Origin: Zymomonas mobilis subsp. mobilis ATCC 10988
Lineage (GTDB): Bacteria; Pseudomonadota; Alphaproteobacteria; Sphingomonadales; Sphingomonadaceae
Assembly: GCF_000175255.2 (NCBI RefSeq)
Contig: NC_017262.1
Coordinates: 630,001 to 662,000 of the forward strand
Length of the DNA: 32,000 nucleotides
Direction: 5' to 3'
Shown here: positions 29,235 through 32,000 of the stretch, piece after piece
Layout: every line of letters begins with the position of its first letter
How positions within the stretch are numbered: position 1 is the stretch's first letter
The notes under the pieces: model-generated
The model's input: the letters and a program-made list of their open reading frames with translations, nothing else
Database searches by the model: none
What the model was told of the DNA's origin: nothing
Program-made: the position numbers and the translations under genes

Positions 29235-29268
29235 AAAAAAGCCGATGCAACAAGGCACCGGCTTTTTT
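29235..29268. terminator. Intrinsic terminator downstream of the M13 peptidase gene (symmetric A-run/T-run flanks)
   Basis: aaaaaaGCCGATGC-aacaag-GCACCGGCtttttt. The stem is 8 bp with one mismatch, 25 nt beyond the stop at 29293. Confidence 0.6.
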
Positions 29269-29292
29269 GTTATCATAAGGCTTTAAAAAGGC

Positions 29293-31338
29293 TTACCAAA
29301 TCCGAACACGATCCTTCGGGGTCAGATAAAGTTTAGTGCCTTCTTTGACATTAAAGCTGTTATACCAAGGATCGAGATTGCGGACGGTCGCAACACGATA
29401 TTGCGAAGGTGAATGCGGATCAGTCAACAACTGACGACGTTCAGCTTCATCGCGCTGTTTAACGCGCCAAACCTGCGCCCACCCAAGGTAGAAACGCTGA
29501 TCGCCTGATAAACCATCCAGAATAGGCGCAACCTGATTACCAAGGCTGGCGTGATAGGCATCATAAGACAAGGTCAGACCGGCTAAATCGGCAATATTCT
29601 CCCCCAAGGTCAAACGACCCTGAACATGGAATCCCGGAATGGGTTCATATTGGTCATATTGCTTAACCAGTTTGTCGGTCAACGCATTGAAGTTTTCGAC
29701 ATCAGACGGCAGCCACCATTGTGCCAAAGCGCCCTTCTCGTCATATTTTGCGCCCTGGTCATCAAAATGATGGCTCAATTCATGTCCGATAACGGAACCA
29801 ATACCCCCATAGTTAACGGCAGCATCCGCATGCGGATCAAAGAAAGGTGGCTGCAAAATAGCGGCTGGGAAGACAATTTCATTCATCGTCGGATTGGCAT
29901 AGGCATTGACCGTCATCGGGGTCATTTCCCATGCACCGCGATCAACAGGCTTGCCCAATTTATTCAGGCTAAACTGATATTCGAACATATTTGACCGTCT
30001 GACATTGCCAGCCAAATCATCACGAATAATCGTCAAACCGGTATAGTCGCGCCATTTATCAGGATAGCCGATTTTCGGGGTAAAAGAAGCCATTTTCAAA
30101 TGGGCTCTTTTCTTCGATTCCGGCGACATCCAAGTCAAATTATCAATCCGGCGATTCATCGCTGCCATGATATTTTTGACCAACTGGTCAGCCGCAGCCT
30201 TGGTCTCTGGCGGGAAGTAACGGGCAACATAGGTTTTACCGATATCTTCACCCAAGGCCGTATCGACCAAACCGACGGCTTTTTTCCAGCGCGGCAATTC
30301 TTTAGGCTGTCCGGTCAAAGCCTGACCATGGAAAGCAAAATGCGCATCAGAGAAAGGCTGCGAAAGATAGGGTGCCATCTGGTCAAGAAGATGAACCAGC
30401 AGATAATCTTTCAACGTCTGAATGGGCGTTTTCGAGATATTCAGAGCCATACCCGCAAAAGCGCTAGGTTCACCGACCAAAAATTCAGACTGATTATTGA
30501 TCTGGGCAGAAGTCAGGAAAGCATTCCAGTCGAAATTCGGGGCTTTCTTTTCAAAATCGGCACGCTGCCATTTGTTATAGGTGCGGTCGATATTGCGAAG
30601 GTCTGCCCTTGCCCACTGAACAGTCGCCAAATTGGTCTCGAAAGCCATCAAATTGGCAGCACGCTGTTCGGCATAAGCCTCACCTGAAAGCTGTAACAGC
30701 TTGGTCAGATAAGCGACATAAGCCTGACGGATGCTTTCAAGCTTGGGGTCTTTATTCAAATAATAGTCACGGTCAGGCAGTCCCAGACCGGATTGCTGGA
30801 AATTGATAATATAGCGATCCGGCTGACGATCATCCTGCGCAACCCCAAAAGCAAAAGGTGCATCGCCACCGATCGGCAACATCGCGCCCAACTGGCGAGC
30901 AAAATCATGCTGATTTTTGACCGCTTTAATGGCATTAATCGTCGGTTTTAAAGGGCTAAGGCCTTTTTGATTGATCGTTTTTTGATCCATATAGCTGGCA
31001 TAGAGATCACCGCTTCTATTGCCCGGCGTTTTAACCGCTTCGTCTAAAATGTCTTTCATCCGCTGAAGCGAAAGATCAGCCAACTGGGTGAACATACCAT
31101 AACGGGCACGGTCATCAGGAATAGGGGTTTTCTGATCCCATCCGCCATTTGCAAAATCATAGAAGCTGTCACCCGGATTGACCGAACGGTTCATACCGCT
31201 TTCATCAAAACCGAACAGGCCAATGGCCGGTTTATTGGGTAAAAGCGTCTCACCGGCTGCCAAAGCCGGAACAGCGACTGATGCCATAGCGGCCATCGCC
31301 ACAAATGCCCGTCCGATAGAAAAACGAGGATGTTTCAC
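29293..31338 (-). CDS. pepO: M13-family zinc metallopeptidase (PepO / endothelin-converting-enzyme-like), secreted or periplasmic
   Basis: 681 aa with zinc motif HELSHHFD (HExxH), downstream GENIADLAG (ENxADxGG), a C-terminal ...RVRIW, and an N-terminal signal peptide MKHPRFSIGRAFVAMAAMASVAVPALAAG. Confidence 0.9.
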   Translation of the reverse strand: MKHPRFSIGRAFVAMAAMASVAVPALAAGETLLPNKPAIGLFGFDESGMNRSVNPGDSFYDFANGGWDQKTPIPDDRARYGMFTQLADLSLQRMKDILDEAVKTPGNRSGDLYASYMDQKTINQKGLSPLKPTINAIKAVKNQHDFARQLGAMLPIGGDAPFAFGVAQDDRQPDRYIINFQQSGLGLPDRDYYLNKDPKLESIRQAYVAYLTKLLQLSGEAYAEQRAANLMAFETNLATVQWARADLRNIDRTYNKWQRADFEKKAPNFDWNAFLTSAQINNQSEFLVGEPSAFAGMALNISKTPIQTLKDYLLVHLLDQMAPYLSQPFSDAHFAFHGQALTGQPKELPRWKKAVGLVDTALGEDIGKTYVARYFPPETKAAADQLVKNIMAAMNRRIDNLTWMSPESKKRAHLKMASFTPKIGYPDKWRDYTGLTIIRDDLAGNVRRSNMFEYQFSLNKLGKPVDRGAWEMTPMTVNAYANPTMNEIVFPAAILQPPFFDPHADAAVNYGGIGSVIGHELSHHFDDQGAKYDEKGALAQWWLPSDVENFNALTDKLVKQYDQYEPIPGFHVQGRLTLGENIADLAGLTLSYDAYHASLGNQVAPILDGLSGDQRFYLGWAQVWRVKQRDEAERRQLLTDPHSPSQYRVATVRNLDPWYNSFNVKEGTKLYLTPKDRVRIW

Positions 31339-31532
31339 AAAAAACCTTCCTTAAGAAAACCAGACTATTGTCTTTGTCTTTTTTTCAAAAAACGGAGCCT
31401 ACCACACTTTAGACGCAAGGATAAAATAAAAAGAAGCAATTTATTTCCCGCAAAAATCTGTAAAATTACCAAAAGATAATCACTTGCAGATAAGGGACAG
31501 CTTCTTTTTTTGTTAAGAGTGATAGAATATTA

Positions 31533-32000
31533 TCACCCTTTATCCCGTAACAGCCTTGCCTGATCGCGTTTCCAATCCCGTTCTTTGATCGTAGCACGCT
31601 TATCATGGGTCTTTTTACCACGTGCTATAGCCAACTCCAGCTTGGCTTTCCCCTTGTTGTTAAAATACAAACTGACCGGAATAACGGTCATCCCTTCACG
31701 AGAGACGGCTGTCTGCATCTTACGGATTTCCCGTTCATGAAGCAGCAATTTTCTGGGTCGTTTTGGTTCATGATTGAACCGGTTGCCATGACTAAATTCC
31801 GGAATATTGGCATTAATCAGCGTTACTTCGCCATTTTTAACCTCGGCATAGCTTTCAGCAATCGACCCCTGCCCGAAACGTAAAGATTTCACTTCGGTTC
31901 CGGTCAAAGCAAGACCAGCCTCGTAAAAATCTTCAAAAGCATATTCGTAACGGGCGCGCCGGTTCTCGGCGAGTATCTTTGATTTTTTAAACTGAGGTGG
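31533..32000 (-). CDS. smpB: SsrA(tmRNA)-binding protein SmpB; the N-terminus lies beyond the window end
   Basis: The frame is open from nt 32000: [41 protein letters not shown]...KLLLHEREI...[10 protein letters not shown] is the SmpB signature. The track ORF 31533..31907 starts only at an internal TTG. Confidence 0.9.
   Translation of the reverse strand, partial: PPQFKKSKILAENRRARYEYAFEDFYEAGLALTGTEVKSLRFGQGSIAESYAEVKNGEVTLINANIPEFSHGNRFNHEPKRPRKLLLHEREIRKMQTAVSREGMTVIPVSLYFNNKGKAKLELAIARGKKTHDKRATIKERDWKRDQARLLRDKG

Noticed and set aside
27043-30806. Antisense ORFs of 120-195 aa opposite rplA/rplK (27043..27612), nusG/secE (28309..28866) and the M13 peptidase (29626..29994, 30100..30687, 30609..30806)
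   Set aside because: The same shadow-ORF pattern applies. Each is fully contained in, or spans, well-supported genes on the other strand, and none has start-site signals or family resemblance.
1-32000. CRISPR arrays, defence islands, toxin-antitoxin pairs, prophage or secretion-system genes
   Set aside because: I scanned both strands and the ORF track and found no spaced direct-repeat array. I also found no nuclease, helicase, methylase, ATPase or small paired ORFs outside the assigned genes. Intergenic regions are short and explained by promoters, leaders or terminators.

Overview
The window appears to be a chromosomal segment of a moderate-GC alphaproteobacterium. The proteins look Sphingomonadales-like and recall Zymomonas, but I cannot verify that without a database search. 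It has two contrasting parts.

(i) nt 1 to about 7.7 kb is a strikingly AT-rich block of polysaccharide (O-antigen/EPS-type) genes, all on the plus strand. It holds a 5'-truncated GT-B glycosyltransferase, galE, a large multidomain GT2 gene whose 5' part is split off at an A10 tract, and a second GT2 with an unassigned C-terminal domain. These are followed by a DUF4422-type putative transferase coupled by an ATGA overlap, and glf (UDP-galactopyranose mutase). Together they predict a galactofuranose-containing glycan.

(ii) nt about 7.8 to 32 kb holds ordinary core genes:
- an outer-membrane beta-barrel, prfC, and a CsbD-like stress protein with a textbook EcfG-type promoter
- an ABM-domain protein, an in-frame thiS-thiG fusion, aroQ-accB-accC, cysQ-like and a GNAT
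- the conserved minus-strand cluster tRNA-Trp-secE-nusG-rplKAJL-rpoBC
- an M13 metallopeptidase and smpB (5' end off-window)

I saw no CRISPR array, transposase, integrase, phage gene or recognisable defence/toxin module, and I cannot honestly claim a wholly novel system. The observations most worth checking are:
- the A10 frame break in the glycosyltransferase
- the low-GC Galf glycan island itself
- the buried Gly-Gly in the ThiS-ThiG fusion
- a probable non-canonical start with an occluding hairpin for the porin-like gene
- an unusually long rplL-rpoB spacer

All calls rest on reading the translations and sequence by eye; no searches were run.
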